From an uncultured Chloroflexia bacterium (GTDB lineage: Bacteria > Chloroflexota > Anaerolineae > CG2-30-64-16): a DNA stretch of 64,000 nt. Numbering within the stretch: position 1 is the stretch's first letter; each line of letters starts with the position of its first letter. Positions 52,688 through 64,000 of this stretch are shown in pieces. The notes beneath the pieces were generated by a model. The model saw only the letters and a list, made by a program, of their open reading frames with translations. It ran no database searches and had not been told where the DNA came from. The DNA lies in contig CAVZDU010000003.1 in assembly GCA_963774265.1 (NCBI GenBank), forward strand, positions 480,001-544,000, read 5' to 3'. Position numbers and translations under genes: made by a program.

Positions 52688-55600
52688 TCACTCTGTGCGC
52701 GCGATCAGATCCAGCGCTTTGACCAGGTCGCGGCGCCAACCGTCGGCTTCGCGCATCTCCATCCAGAGTGCGCGGCGGGCGACGCGCGCAGGGACTGCCC
52801 TGGGCCTTCAGCCGATCCTGGAGCTGGGCGCGGTCCATCGGTCTCCAGACACGAGCACTTAATCAGCACCTGGCCCTCTTCCAGCCCGATGGCCTCAACG
52901 CCAACATTCACCGCCAGCACCTTGACGCGCACGACGTAGAGCAGGTTCTCCACCTCCTCCGGCACGGGGCCGAAGCGATCGGCGAATTCCTGGCGATCTC
53001 GTCGACGGCTTCGAGCGTGGTCAGGCCGGCCAGGCGGCGGTAGAGCTGCAGGCGCAGCGGCCGCCTCAGGCACATAGCTCTCCGGGAATGCGCGCCGGCA
53101 GGTTGAGATCGAGCTGACGGTCGGCGCCAGTGGGTCTTCCAGCGACGTTGCGACGACCGGCGTCTGATCCTGGCGCTCGGCCTCCTCGTCATCACGGAAC
53201 CGGCTGCCCTCCGGGCGTCCTGGCGCTGCTCCCGCGCCTCCTGCACGGCCTGCGCCAGCAGCCGGGTGTAGAGGTCGAAGCCCGACGGCGGCGATGTGGC
53301 CGTGCTGCCGCGCGCCGAGCAGCTCGCCCGCGCCGCGGATCTCCAGGTCGTGCATGGCGATGCGGAAGCCCGCGCCCAGCTCGCTGGCCTCCTGGATCGC
53401 CTCCAGCCGGCGGCGCGCGTCCTCGGTCAGCGTCTTGTACTTGTCCACCAGCAGGTAGGCGTAGGCGCGCACCGCCGACCGGCCGACGCGGCCGCGCAAC
53501 TGGTAGAGCTGCGCCAGGCCGAACTGGTCGGCGCGGTTGATGATGATGGTGTTGGCGTTGGGGATGTCCAGCCCGCTCTCGATGATGCTGGTGCAGACCA
53601 GCACGTCGTACTCGCCCTCGGCGAAGGCCAGCATGACCGCCGACAGCTCCTTCTCGGGCATCTGGCCGTGGCCGATGGCGATGCGCGCCTCGGGCACGAT
53701 CTTGCTGGACGCTGCGCGGCCATCTGCTCGATGCCCTGGACGCGGTTGTGGACGAAGTAGACCTGGCCGTTGCGGTCCAGCTCGCGCAGGATCGCCTGGC
53801 GCACCAGCGTCTCGTCGAACTCGCCCACGAAGGTCTTGATCGGCAGGCGCTCCTCGGGCGGCGTGTCGATGGTGCTCAGGTCGCGCACGCCGGTCAGGCT
53901 CATGTGCAGGGTGCGCGGGATCGGCGTGGCGGTGAGCGTCAGCACGTCCACCTCGGTGCGCAGCTGCTTGATGCGCTCCTTGTGCGCCACGCCGAAGCGC
54001 TGCTCCTCGTCGACGATCAGCAGGCCCAGGTCCTTGAACGCCACATCCTTGCTCAGCAGGCGATGCGTGCCGATCACCAGGTCGACGCTGCCGTTCGCCA
54101 GGCCCGCCAGAACGCGATCCTGCTGCGACGGGCGTCTGGAAGCGCGAGAGCATGGCCACGGTGACCGGGAACGCGGCCAGCCGGCGGCTGAAGTTGGTGT
54201 AGTGCTGCTGCGCCAGGACGGTGGTCGGCACCAGCACGGCGACCTGCTTGCCGTCCATGATCGCCTTGAACGCCGCGCGCAAGCGCCACCTCGGTCTTGC
54301 CGTAGCCCACGTCGCCGCAGATCAGGCGATCCATCGGCCGCGGCTGCTCCATGTCGTGCTTGACCGCCTCGATGGCGACGAGCTGGTCCTCGGTCTCGAC
54401 GTAGGGGAAGCTGGCCTCCAGCTCGTGCTGCCAGGGCGCGTCGGGGCTGAAGGCGTGGCCCTGCACCACCTCGCGCGCGGCGTAGAGCTCCAGCAGGTCG
54501 TCGGCGATCTCGGCGACGGCCTTCTGGCGCGCGCCTTGACCTGCTCCCACTCGGCGGTGCCCAGCCGGTGCAGCGCCGGGCGCAGCCTCGCCCGACGCCC
54601 ACGTAGCGCGCCAGCCGGTCGGCCTGGTGGACCGGCACGTAGAGCTGGTCGCCCTGGGCGTACTCGACCTGCAGGTACTCGCGCTCGACGCCGTCCACGG
54701 CCATCTTGATCGAGCCCCTGGAACTGGCCGATGCCGTGCTCGATGTGCACGACGTAGTCGCCGGGCTTGACGTCGGCGAAGAAGACCTCGGGCGCAACGG
54801 CACGCGGTGCGCTGCGGCCGCCGCGGCTTCGGCTTGCCCCAGCCGAACAGCTCGGCGTCGGTGAGGAACCAGAGTCCGCCTGGAGCGTGGTCGCCTTCCC
54901 CGGCATCGGATCGGTCTGGTCTGGCCATCTCGCCGTCCAGCCGCCAGCCCTCTTCCATCACGCCCTGAACGAGCGTCAGGCCGGGCGGCGGCGGGTTGGG
55001 GGATGCTTCGACGGGCGACGATCGCATGGCCGCTCTCGCGGAGCAGCTCGGCCAGGCGCGGCGCCTGGCGGCTGACCATGACGACGTGGTCGCCCGCGGC
55101 GGAGCGGCGTTCGACCTCGGTCAGGATGGTGCGCACCTGGCCGCCGAAGCGCGGCCCCGCCGACGAATTGGCGCCGGCCAGTCCGCGCCTCAGGCTCCGC
55201 GGCGGCGCCGACCTTCGTCGAGGGTGGTGTGGCCCAGATAGATCACCGGCCGCGCGGTCGGCCGACGACGGTCAGCCGCTCGGTCAGGACGTCGCGCAGC
55301 GAAATAGGGTGGGGCTACAACCACGGGGACGTCACCCGCGGCCGTCAGATCGCGGCGCCAACTGCTCGGCCTGGCCTTCCAGATCGGCCAGGCTCGCCAT
55401 CAGCTCGCCGGCGTCGTCGACCATCAGCCACGCGTCATGGGCCGGCAGGTAGTCGGCCAGGGCTGCCAGGCTGGCTGTAGAGGTAGGGGATGTACCATTC
55501 CAGGTTGCGGAAGCCGCTGCCCGTGACGCAAGCTGCTCGATCTCGCGCTCGAACTCGATGCGCGCGGGCGGATGGCACGCCGCCAGGTCGAAGCTCGCGC

Positions 55601-56380
55601 GAGGCGTCTCGGCGACGCGCTCGCCGAGCTTGGGCAGCGCCTCGCTCGCCGGGCCGATCCAGGCCTGCTGCGACCCGCGCGAGGGTGCGCTGGGTCGACG
55701 GGTCGAAGGTGCGCAGGCTGTCGATCTCGTCGCCGAAGAGCTCGATGCGCAGCGGCTTGCGCAGGTTGGGCGGCCAGATATCCACGATGCCGCCGCGCCG
55801 GCTGAACTGCCCCGGCGCCTCGACCACCGCCGCGCTCTCGTAGCCCAGGCCCACCCACGTCGCCAGCATTCGTTCGAGATCGAAGGCCTGGCCCTGGCGC
55901 ATCGGGCGCAGCGCGAGCGCGCATCTCGCGCACGGGCAGCGTCATCTGCATGAGGCGCGCGGGCCGAGGCGACGACGATGCGGGCGCGATGCGGATGCGT
56001 TGCGGACGCCTGCGCCTCCGGTCCGGTCCGCACGTCAGAGCAGGCCGACCAGCGCTTCGAGCCGGCGCTGGCGCGTCTCGGGCGCCCAGGGGATGCGCTC
56101 GTAGGGCAGCGCGTCGGGATCGGCGAAGATGTGGACGGGCACTTCGTCGGGCAGCCAGATGCGCAGCTCGTCCACCCATTGGCGCGCGCGGCCGGTGCGC
56201 GCGGTGACGACGACCAGCGGGCGATTCAACAGCGCGCGCAAGGACCGCCACCAGGTAGGGCCGCGCGGCGTGATAGATATCGAGCGGGGCCGCGGGCGAT
56301 TGGCCCGCGGCCAGGGCGGCTGCCAGCTCGTCGATGGCGGGCAGGGCCAGGCCCAGGTCAAGTAAGCCGTTAAGTTTCAC
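52688..56380 (-). CDS. mfd: Transcription-repair coupling factor, heavily frameshifted (sequence error)
   Basis: [45 protein letters not shown] and QLRGRVGR motifs. Confidence 0.93.
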
Positions 56381-56416
56381 GACAAATCAATCGGACGGAA
56401 TGGACGGCCGGAGCCG

Positions 56417-57093
56417 TCATGCCTCTTGTGATGTGACGGCGTTGTAGGCGTTCATGGCAGCATCAATACCTGCGCTGAGCCATAATTCGATGGCATCGGC
56501 CGCCCGACGCGCGCGAGCAGCATTTCTTTTTCCTGCTCGGCTGAGAATGGCTGTAGCACGTAATCGGCGGGATCCATCGCGGGCGGTGCGCCGCTGTTCT
56601 GTCCGCCCGGCCGGCTGATCCCCACCTTGAGCCGGCCAAAGGCATCGCTACCCAAAGCCCGAATGATGGACGCGACACCCTTCTGGCCACCTGGACTGCC
56701 ATTGGCACGCAAGCGCAGACGACCCAGCGGCAGATCGAGATCATCATGGACCACCAGGATGCCTCCGGGTGCGATCTTGTAGAAAGCGGCCAGTTGGCCC
56801 ACGGCTTCGCCCGAGTTGTTCATGTAGGTCATGGGCTTGACCAGGAGCACGCGACCGGTCCATCGGCCTGGCAGGCTGACCGGGCCGATGGCAAGCCGGC
56901 CTCGCTTTTGGAACTTATCAAAGGCAAGCCCATGGCGTTCGGCGAACAGATCGAGCACCTGGAAGCCGATATTGTGCCGATGGCGCGCATACTCGGGCCC
57001 CGGATTGCCGAGACCGACGATCATCACGGTGGGAGCGCCGGCTGCGCTGGCGGGCGGGGTGCGCTGGCCCAGCAGGGCGCGGAGAGAAGGCAT
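56417..57093 (-). CDS. pth: Peptidyl-tRNA hydrolase (frameshift ~56510)
   Basis: [22 protein letters not shown] and HDDLD motifs; pth-mfd synteny. Confidence 0.93.
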
Positions 57094-57102
57094 GGTCTAC
57101 GC

Positions 57103-57909
57103 CTACGGCTTAATTTTATACCAAAGCCAGACCAGGATGGCCTTCAACCCGAAGAACGCACCGACGACCAGGAACGCGGCAACCGTGTAAATAGCTGCCT
57201 TGCGGGCCGTCTCAAGCAACCGGTTTCCACTGAATAACTGATCCGCGATAGCGGCAGCGCTTGCGCCGTCCGTAGTGCCGCCAGCGCTCCCGGTCGTAGT
57301 ACCGCCTGTGGAGCTCGACGTGAAGGGTGTTATCTCGGCCCCGGGCAGAGGCGTGACGTCACGCGTGGCGGTCGGGGCAATGGTCGGGATTTCGACGACC
57401 CCGGTAGGCGCCTCAACTACCGCAGTGCCTTGGGGCGCAGGAGCGTCTGTCGGCGGAAGCTCGGGCAGCGGCGTTTCCGGCTCTGCGGGGGTGGGCGTTT
57501 CCGCCGGCCGCGTGTTTGCGACGATGACACGGCGCGCGTCGCTGTCGATGTAGTTGCCATCCGCCCTGACGACACGCACACGCAACGCATATGCACCATC
57601 AGGCACAGAGCGCGTATCCCACACCCCCAGCAGGCCCAAGGGCTGCTGCGTAAAATGCGCATCACCGATGAAGATCCACGACTGATCGGACGGAACCGGC
57701 GACGGCGCGTAGTACAGCTCATAGCGCTGGAACTGCGGATGCGTGGCGGTGCCGATTATCTGAATGGCATCACGTACGGCCGCATCGGGTGCGGGCTGGG
57801 CAATCACGGGCTGCGTCTCCTGCGCAGCAGGCGCGCCAAGGGCAGGCAGCACCGCGAAGACCAGGGCTGCAAACACGGTCAGGGTGGCAAAAAGGAGTGG
57901 CCTCTTCAT
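57103..57909 (-). CDS. Exported Ig-like protein with PT-rich stalk and C-terminal TM
   Basis: Signal peptide, WDTRSVPDGAYALRVRVV, terminal hydrophobic helix. Confidence 0.75.
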   Translation of the reverse strand: MKRPLLFATLTVFAALVFAVLPALGAPAAQETQPVIAQPAPDAAVRDAIQIIGTATHPQFQRYELYYAPSPVPSDQSWIFIGDAHFTQQPLGLLGVWDTRSVPDGAYALRVRVVRADGNYIDSDARRVIVANTRPAETPTPAEPETPLPELPPTDAPAPQGTAVVEAPTGVVEIPTIAPTATRDVTPLPGAEITPFTSSSTGGTTTGSAGGTTDGASAAAIADQLFSGNRLLETARKAAIYTVAAFLVVGAFFGLKAILVWLWYKIKP

Positions 57910-58094
57910 AGGCCCGAGCACCTCACACCTGGAGTAAGGGATCTGGTCAGGCCGCAGTTGGGACGCCTGCCAGACTCCAATAGCAAAGTGTATCACAGGT
58001 TGGCGAGGCGCCCAAACGATTGTGGCATTGACAAACCCATTGCTTACGGCGATACTTTGTCTCGCGATTTGCCCTGCCTGAGGAGATAATTCAC

Positions 58095-59774
58095 ATGCGG
58101 TCCCGTATTCCAGCGTTCGCCCTCCTGCTTGTCGCGCTGACCCTGCTGGCCGGCTGCACCCCGGCCGCGCCTCCCGCGACGGCGCCCACTGCTGCGCCGG
58201 CCGCGGCTCCCAGCCCGTCCGCGGAGCCGACCCCGGCAGCCACCGTCCCGGTGGCGACCGCTCCGTGGTGGAACGATGCGGTGTTCTACGAGGTGTTTGT
58301 CCGCAGCTTCTATGATTCGGACGGCAACGGCGTTGGCAATCTCCCCGGGCTTGTCGAGAAACTTGACTATCTGAACGACGGCGACCCCGCGACAACAACC
58401 GATCTCGGTGTCACCGGCATCTGGCTGATGCCCATCGCACAATCGCCTTCCTATCACGGTTACGATGTCGTCGATTACAAGGCGGTTGACGATGAGTACG
58501 GCACTGCCGAGGACTTCACGCGGCTCATCGAGGAGGCCCACAAGCGCGGCATCAAGGTCATCATCGACCTCGTCATGAACCACACCTCATCGCTGCACCC
58601 CTGGTTCATGGAGTCCATAAACCCGAATTCGCCGAAGCATGACTGGTACGTTTGGTCCGCTGACCCCGTGGGACCTGGCTGGCATGATGCGGGGAAAAGC
58701 GAGAAGTACTATGGTTACTTCGGCGGGCACATGCCCGATCTGAACTACAACAACCCGGCGGTGACCGAGGCCATGTTTGACGTCGTGCGCTTCTGGCTGG
58801 AGGACATGCACGTCGACGGCTTCCGGCTGGACGCGATCAAGTACATTGCAGAAGAAGGCCGCACAATCGAGCACGCGCCCGCCACCTTCGCGTGGCTCCT
58901 AAAATTCCACAAATTCTACAAAGGTATCAAGCCCGATGCCCTCGCGGTGGGCGAGGTGTGGGCCGAAACCATGATTGCTGAGTACTACGTGCCGGATAAG
59001 GTCGATATCGCATTTGAGTTCAGCCTGGCAGACGCGATGATCCAGTCGGCCCAGGTTGGCGATCGCGCACGCGTGGAGCGCGCCCAGAGCAATGTCAACA
59101 AGACCTATCCGCCGGGACAATTCGCCACCTTCCTGGCAAACCACGATCAGGATCGCACGCGCTCGCGCATGACGGTGGAGCAGCAGGCCTTCGTGGCGGC
59201 CAGCCTCCAGCTGCTCTATCCTGGCGTCCCGTTCATCTACTACGGCGAAGAGATCGGAATGATGGGCAAGAAACCGGATGAGGATATCCGCAGGCCCATG
59301 CAGCGGACGGCCAAGGGAGGTTTCACGACGGGCACGCCGTGGCGGGCGTATTATGATGATGTTGCAGAGCGCAACGTCGCCAACCAGGGGGATGACCCTG
59401 CGTCGCTGCTCAACCACTATCGCGGCCTCATTCGCCTGCGGAACACCTACCCCGCGCTCCGCACGGGCGACTGGCGGCTCGTGACCGCGCCAAAAGAGAA
59501 GCCGTCGCTCCATGCCTTCATGCGTACGCTGGGGGAGGAGCGTTTCCTGGTGCTGATCAACCTGGGTGACGAACCCGTGACGGACTATCAGCTCAGCCTG
59601 GAATCGGAGGCGGGTGCAGCCGCGGCCGCGAAGCCGGTCAAGGCCGAACTGGTCTTCGGACCCGCCGGCGCGGCGGGTGACATTCCGGCGATCCAGACGA
59701 GCGGTTTCACGGGGTACCAGCCGATTCCTACCCTGCCGGCCTACAGCACGTTTGTGATTCGATTTGCACCGTGA
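58095..59774 (+). CDS. GH13 alpha-amylase-family lipoprotein
   Basis: Lipobox LAGC, DLVMNH, GFRLDA, VGEVW and FLANHD motifs. Confidence 0.92.
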   Translation: MRSRIPAFALLLVALTLLAGCTPAAPPATAPTAAPAAAPSPSAEPTPAATVPVATAPWWNDAVFYEVFVRSFYDSDGNGVGNLPGLVEKLDYLNDGDPATTTDLGVTGIWLMPIAQSPSYHGYDVVDYKAVDDEYGTAEDFTRLIEEAHKRGIKVIIDLVMNHTSSLHPWFMESINPNSPKHDWYVWSADPVGPGWHDAGKSEKYYGYFGGHMPDLNYNNPAVTEAMFDVVRFWLEDMHVDGFRLDAIKYIAEEGRTIEHAPATFAWLLKFHKFYKGIKPDALAVGEVWAETMIAEYYVPDKVDIAFEFSLADAMIQSAQVGDRARVERAQSNVNKTYPPGQFATFLANHDQDRTRSRMTVEQQAFVAASLQLLYPGVPFIYYGEEIGMMGKKPDEDIRRPMQRTAKGGFTTGTPWRAYYDDVAERNVANQGDDPASLLNHYRGLIRLRNTYPALRTGDWRLVTAPKEKPSLHAFMRTLGEERFLVLINLGDEPVTDYQLSLESEAGAAAAAKPVKAELVFGPAGAAGDIPAIQTSGFTGYQPIPTLPAYSTFVIRFAP

Positions 59775-60586
59775 GTCAATTGAGAATCTCCATGCCCAAC
59801 GACCGCTATCGGCGGATCACGGGCCTGCTGTTGGGTGCGCTGCTGGGCCTCGTTTTTGGCCTGGTGTCGCAACTGGGCGACCGGCTCGCGCTGCCTGGCG
59901 TGCCGCTTTACAGCCCACCGTTCGGCCCGGCCGGCAATATCGTTGTGTACACCTTCGGGGCAGCGCTGCTTGGGCTGCTGGTCGCGTGGCCCATGAGCGG
60001 GATCAAGGGGACATTTCTGGTGGCAGCCGGCAGCGCCGCGGCCATCGTCGTTGTATCGCTGTTGGATGCTAAAAACCTCAACGGCAATTTGCTGGTTCAC
60101 ACGATCGTGGGTATCTTCCTGGGGCTGCCCTTCTGGGGCATGCTCGTGCCGGTCTTCGGAGCCTTAAGGTGGGTGATCGGGCGCCAGGAAGAGGCGCAGC
60201 GAGACCGCCGGCCGGGATGGAGCCGCGCACCTGGCCCACTGGTGCTGCTCGTCGTAGTCGGGCTGGTGGGAACGACGGCATTATATCCTCCGCGTGGCCG
60301 CGACCTCCTTCAGCGGACGCACGCGATGCTGGAGGAAACGCAGACGACAGGCGACTTCCCGCCGGCGTTCGGTTCGGTGGATCAATTCGCCGCTCACCGT
60401 CACGACCGCTATCAGTTGTCCTGGGAGGGCCAGGATATCGAGCGTTTCCGCATCCCGCGGCCGGCGCGCAATTTTGACATGCACTCTGCGGTCATCGCAC
60501 GCTACGCGACTGGCTGGAGCCTGGTGTGCGTGTACGTTGCGGCTGAGGAGCCGCCGTTATGCCGGGGTTTCGATGTTTTGCCTTGA
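59771..60586 (+). CDS. Multi-pass membrane protein, paralog 1
   Basis: About five TM helices plus a C-terminal domain with two Cys. Confidence 0.7.
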   Translation: MSQLRISMPNDRYRRITGLLLGALLGLVFGLVSQLGDRLALPGVPLYSPPFGPAGNIVVYTFGAALLGLLVAWPMSGIKGTFLVAAGSAAAIVVVSLLDAKNLNGNLLVHTIVGIFLGLPFWGMLVPVFGALRWVIGRQEEAQRDRRPGWSRAPGPLVLLVVVGLVGTTALYPPRGRDLLQRTHAMLEETQTTGDFPPAFGSVDQFAAHRHDRYQLSWEGQDIERFRIPRPARNFDMHSAVIARYATGWSLVCVYVAAEEPPLCRGFDVLP

Positions 60587-60607
60587 CAGGAGGGACCGCG
60601 TCCCCTG

Positions 60608-61510
60608 GTGAAATCACAAAAACGGCAACAGGATCGCTCAGTGTGGGAGCGTGTCACCGCAGTGGGCCCCATCGAGCAGGCCGCGCGGGGGCGTGCGCGG
60701 CAGCGCACGGGGGTGCTTCTGGGGGCCCTGCTGGGCCTGGGCTATGGTGGCGTTTCGCAGCTCATCAACCCCATCGCCATGCCCGGCATCCCGCTGTATC
60801 AGCCGCCGGCGGGTGCGTTCGTCAACGTTCTCCTCAGCAGCCTCATGGGCGGCGTGTTCGGTGCGCTGACGTGCTTCCCTGCCAGCGCAGCCGGGGGCCT
60901 CGTCTTGGGCGGCAGCGCCTCGCTGGTCGGCATCTTCGCGTACATGATCGTTCGGCTGGGCGGGCTCGGCTTGGGCGGGGCGCTGGTCAGCAGCGTGCTG
61001 CTCTCGGCGCCGATGGCCTGGCTGACCGTGCCGGTGGTCGCCCTGCTCCGCTGGGCTGCGGAACGCCTGGTCAGTGCGCAGCGCGATGGCGACCCCCTCC
61101 TCGTGCGCGCCCGCATTCCCGTCGCATTGTTCCTGGTGATGGCATTTCTGGCCAGCTTTGAGTTGCTCCCCGCAGATGCGCGGGATAATCTGCGGCGGAC
61201 CGATGCGCTGATCCAGGCAGGCTTGCGGGCATCCTCCGCGGCCCAGTTGCCGGCCCCCTTGCGCGGGCCTGCGATGTCGGTCTTTCCGCCCGTGCAACCC
61301 GCAGGCTACACCCTGGAGTGGACCACGTACGATCTGGACCGCTTCATGGAGCTGCGACCGTCGTCGAACTTCGACCAGCATGCGGCCGTCATCGCACGCT
61401 TCAAGGGTGGCGCCATGCTCGTCTGTCTTTATCCGACCCCCGGGCAAGAGCCTAACTGTGCTAACTACGATCAAATGCCGGGAAAAGCACCGGCCAGGCG
61501 GGACGACTGA
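60608..61510 (+). CDS. Multi-pass membrane protein, paralog 2
   Basis: Shares GxxLGALLGL, SQL, PGxPLYxPP, NFDxHxAVIAR and LVC motifs with paralog 1. Confidence 0.7.
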   Translation: MKSQKRQQDRSVWERVTAVGPIEQAARGRARQRTGVLLGALLGLGYGGVSQLINPIAMPGIPLYQPPAGAFVNVLLSSLMGGVFGALTCFPASAAGGLVLGGSASLVGIFAYMIVRLGGLGLGGALVSSVLLSAPMAWLTVPVVALLRWAAERLVSAQRDGDPLLVRARIPVALFLVMAFLASFELLPADARDNLRRTDALIQAGLRASSAAQLPAPLRGPAMSVFPPVQPAGYTLEWTTYDLDRFMELRPSSNFDQHAAVIARFKGGAMLVCLYPTPGQEPNCANYDQMPGKAPARRDD

Positions 61511-61989
61511 TGAATGAACACATCCCTATGCAGGACCTCTATCCCGACAATCTCGCCCAGTGCTATGGCTGCGGCCGGCTGAACGAGCACGGTTTGCAGA
61601 TCAAAAGCTATGTGGAGGGCGACGAAGTTGTCTGTCATTTCCGGCCGCAGCCCTATCACACCGCGGTCCCGGGCTATGTGTACGGCGGCCTGATCGCTTC
61701 GCTGATCGATTGTCACGGCACAGGTGCGGCCGCGGCGGCCGGCTATGCGGCAGAGGGCCGTGCGCCCGGGTCTGAGCCCGCTCTCCGCTTTGTGACTGCC
61801 TCGCTCAAGGTCGATTTCCTGCGGCCCACGCCGCTGGGACCCATGCTGGAGCTGCGGGCGCGCACGAAAGAGATCCGGGGCCGTAAAGTTGTGCTTGACA
61901 TAACCCTGACCGCCGAAGGCGAATTGTGCGCCCGGGGCGAGGTGATCTGCGTCCGGATACCGGAGGATTTTGGAAAGGCGAAGGAGTGA
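61510..61989 (+). CDS. PaaI-family hotdog thioesterase
   Basis: CYGCG..N..GL, YGGLIASLIDCH and VTASLKVDF motifs. Confidence 0.88.
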   Translation: MNEHIPMQDLYPDNLAQCYGCGRLNEHGLQIKSYVEGDEVVCHFRPQPYHTAVPGYVYGGLIASLIDCHGTGAAAAAGYAAEGRAPGSEPALRFVTASLKVDFLRPTPLGPMLELRARTKEIRGRKVVLDITLTAEGELCARGEVICVRIPEDFGKAKE

Positions 61990-61991
61990 GC

Positions 61992-63146
61992 ATGTTTCCC
62001 TCGACTGCGGATGCCGTCGTCATCGGCGGTGGCGTCATGGGCGCCAGCGCTGCCTATCACCTGGCGGCCCGCGGCATGAAGAACGTCGTTCTATTGGAGA
62101 AGCACGAGTTTCTCGGCGCTGAGTCAACCGGCAAGTGTGCCGGCGGCATCCGCTACCAGTTCAGCACGGAGATCAATGTCCGTCTCTCGCTGCTGAGCCT
62201 GCCTATGCTCGAACGGTTCGAAGCCGAGACCGGTCAGAGCATCGACCTGCGCTGGCCGGGTTACCTGTTCCTTCTGGACAACGAGCACGATGTAGCCGTG
62301 TTCCGTCAGAATGTCGCCATGCAGAACGGGCTGGGCATCCCGTCGTGCATCCTCACCACTGAGGAAGTCAGCCGGCGTATTCCGCTGCTCAATCTGGAGG
62401 GCGTTTTGGCCGGTGCATGGCACGCGGGCGATGGGCTGGCCGACCCGAACGGTGTGGTGCAAGGCTATGCGGCCGCAGCTCGGCGGCTAGGCGCGCAGAT
62501 ATTTACTGCGACCGAGGTGACGGGCATCCGGGTCGAGGGCGGCCGGGTGACGGGGGTCTCGACGCCGAGAGGCCCCATCAGCACGCCTGCAGTGGTCAAC
62601 GCCGCGGGATCCTGGGCTGGCAAGGTGGCCGGCCTCGTGGGGCTTGAGCTGCCGGTTTGGCCTTTGAGGCGGCAGATTGTGGTCACCGCGCCCCTGAAGG
62701 GTGTGCCGGATGACTTCCCCTTCGTGCTCGATTTCAGCCGGAGCCTGTATTTCCACCGGGAGGGGAAGGGGATCCTGACAGGGCAATCGAACGCGAATGA
62801 AGCGCCTGGCTTCGAACAGACGCTCGACCATGCCTGGACCGAGCAGCACCTGGAGAATGCGATGTGGCGTTTCCCGTTGCTGGCCAGGGCGGGGCTGCTG
62901 CGTGAGTGGGCGGGGCTGTACGAGATGACGCCCGATGCACACCCTGTGATCGACGGGCTGGCAGAGCCGGACGGGTTCTATGTCGTCGCAGGGTTCAGCG
63001 GCCACGGCTTCATGCACGGCCCCATCGCGGGCCTGCTCATCTCGGAACTGGTCCTCGATGGCCGCGCCCACACGCTGGATATCCACCAGCTTCGCTTCAG
63101 CCGCTTTGCTGAGGGGGATTTGGTGCGAGAACATAACGTCGTTTGA
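61992..63146 (+). CDS. FAD-dependent oxidoreductase (DAO/sarcosine oxidase beta-like)
   Basis: IGGGVMG, WAGLYEMTPD and GFSGHGF motifs. Confidence 0.9.
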   Translation: MFPSTADAVVIGGGVMGASAAYHLAARGMKNVVLLEKHEFLGAESTGKCAGGIRYQFSTEINVRLSLLSLPMLERFEAETGQSIDLRWPGYLFLLDNEHDVAVFRQNVAMQNGLGIPSCILTTEEVSRRIPLLNLEGVLAGAWHAGDGLADPNGVVQGYAAAARRLGAQIFTATEVTGIRVEGGRVTGVSTPRGPISTPAVVNAAGSWAGKVAGLVGLELPVWPLRRQIVVTAPLKGVPDDFPFVLDFSRSLYFHREGKGILTGQSNANEAPGFEQTLDHAWTEQHLENAMWRFPLLARAGLLREWAGLYEMTPDAHPVIDGLAEPDGFYVVAGFSGHGFMHGPIAGLLISELVLDGRAHTLDIHQLRFSRFAEGDLVREHNVV

Positions 63147-63161
63147 TAAGGAGAGGTTGTC

Positions 63162-64000
63162 GTGGAAATTGTCGTCAAGCAAGGCAACATTGCGGAAGAG
63201 CGGGCCGAGCTGATCGTCGTGAATTTGTTCAAGGACGTGATGGTCCCTGCGGGTGCGACCGGTGCGGTGGACAGCGTGCTCGGCGGGATGATCCGGGACG
63301 CACTCGTGTTGAAAGATTTTGCGGGTAAGGCCGGAGAGACACTGCTCCTGTACACCCGCGGCGCGATCCCTTCGCCGCGAGTCCTCATCGTGGGGCTGGG
63401 CGAGGCAGAGAAATTCGATCTGCAAGGGGCGTGCAACGCAGCGGCCACGGCAGCGCGGAAGGCGCGCGAGCTGGGTGTGAAGCACTTTGCCACCATCGTC
63501 CATGGCGCGGGCATCGGCGGGTTTGCGCCGGAAGCCGCCGGTCAGGCGGTCACCGAGGGCGCATTGCTGGGACTGTACCGATACGAGGGTTACCGCTCAC
63601 AGCCGCCCAAGGACTGGAAACCCGACCCAGAGAAGATGACGATTGTCGAATTCAGCGGGGAGCGCGTCGCGGCGCTGGAGGCCGGCGTACTCCGCGCAGA
63701 GAGCATCGCAGCCGGCGTCACCCTCGCCCGTCACATGGTCAACACACCGGCCAACCGCATGACGCCCTCCGCGATGGCCCAGATGGCCGAGAACCTGGCG
63801 GGCCAGACGGGGCTGCGTTTCGAGGCTCTCGGCCGTGCGGAGTGCAAGGCGCTGGGCATGGGCATCTTCATGGCCGTTGCCGAGGAATCCGAGGAGGAGC
63901 CGAAGCTGATCGTCCTGGAACACAACGCCGGACGCAGCGACCTGCCGACAGTGGTCCTGGTGGGCAAGGGCGTGACCTTCGACTCAGGCGGCATCTCGCT
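63162..64000 (+). CDS. pepA: Leucyl aminopeptidase (M17), runs off the window
   Basis: AGGAGAGG RBS + GTG; ARHMVNTPAN and LVGKGVTFDSGGIS motifs. Confidence 0.93.
   Translation, partial: MEIVVKQGNIAEERAELIVVNLFKDVMVPAGATGAVDSVLGGMIRDALVLKDFAGKAGETLLLYTRGAIPSPRVLIVGLGEAEKFDLQGACNAAATAARKARELGVKHFATIVHGAGIGGFAPEAAGQAVTEGALLGLYRYEGYRSQPPKDWKPDPEKMTIVEFSGERVAALEAGVLRAESIAAGVTLARHMVNTPANRMTPSAMAQMAENLAGQTGLRFEALGRAECKALGMGIFMAVAEESEEEPKLIVLEHNAGRSDLPTVVLVGKGVTFDSGGIS

Noticed and set aside
52688-56380. Dense frameshifts in mfd (also ychF, pth, nuoE and the large regulators) as pseudogenisation or programmed frameshifting
   Set aside because: They are scattered single-base indels in conserved genes whose motifs are otherwise intact, as expected from long-read error.

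Overview
A GC-rich bacterial window, most likely Chloroflexota (Anaerolineae/Caldilineae-like). This is inferred from the Pro/Thr/Ala-rich lipoproteins, a C-terminal YLPLVRK motif and tRNAs without encoded CCA. Many single-base frameshifts, including in mfd, ychF and pth, point to an unpolished long-read assembly rather than real gene decay. Core or metabolic blocks: a pgm/epimerase/GH4 alpha-galactosidase/sugar ABC locus; ychF, rpsF-ssb-rpsR, a PrsA-like PPIase and rel; RidA, mfd, pth, a GH13 lipoprotein and pepA. Accessory parts: (i) about 6.7-16 kb, with two TA loci, integrase relics and collapsed genes; (ii) a 2.7-kb minimal integrative element in tRNA-Pro(CGG), bounded by a perfect 40-bp att duplication; (iii) an ~18-kb patchwork after tRNA-Arg(UCG) with AbiE, GNATs, hydrolases, IS relics and internally deleted gene stubs. 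The most interesting locus is a tightly packed seven-gene operon (45463-50681). In it a stand-alone NuoE/NuoF pair is interleaved with three single-domain receivers, a tandem-ACT protein and a membrane histidine kinase carrying three exact-period 42-aa His/Cys-bearing coiled-coil repeats. It is a candidate NADH/redox-sensing phosphorelay. All calls come from reading the sequence; no database searches were run.
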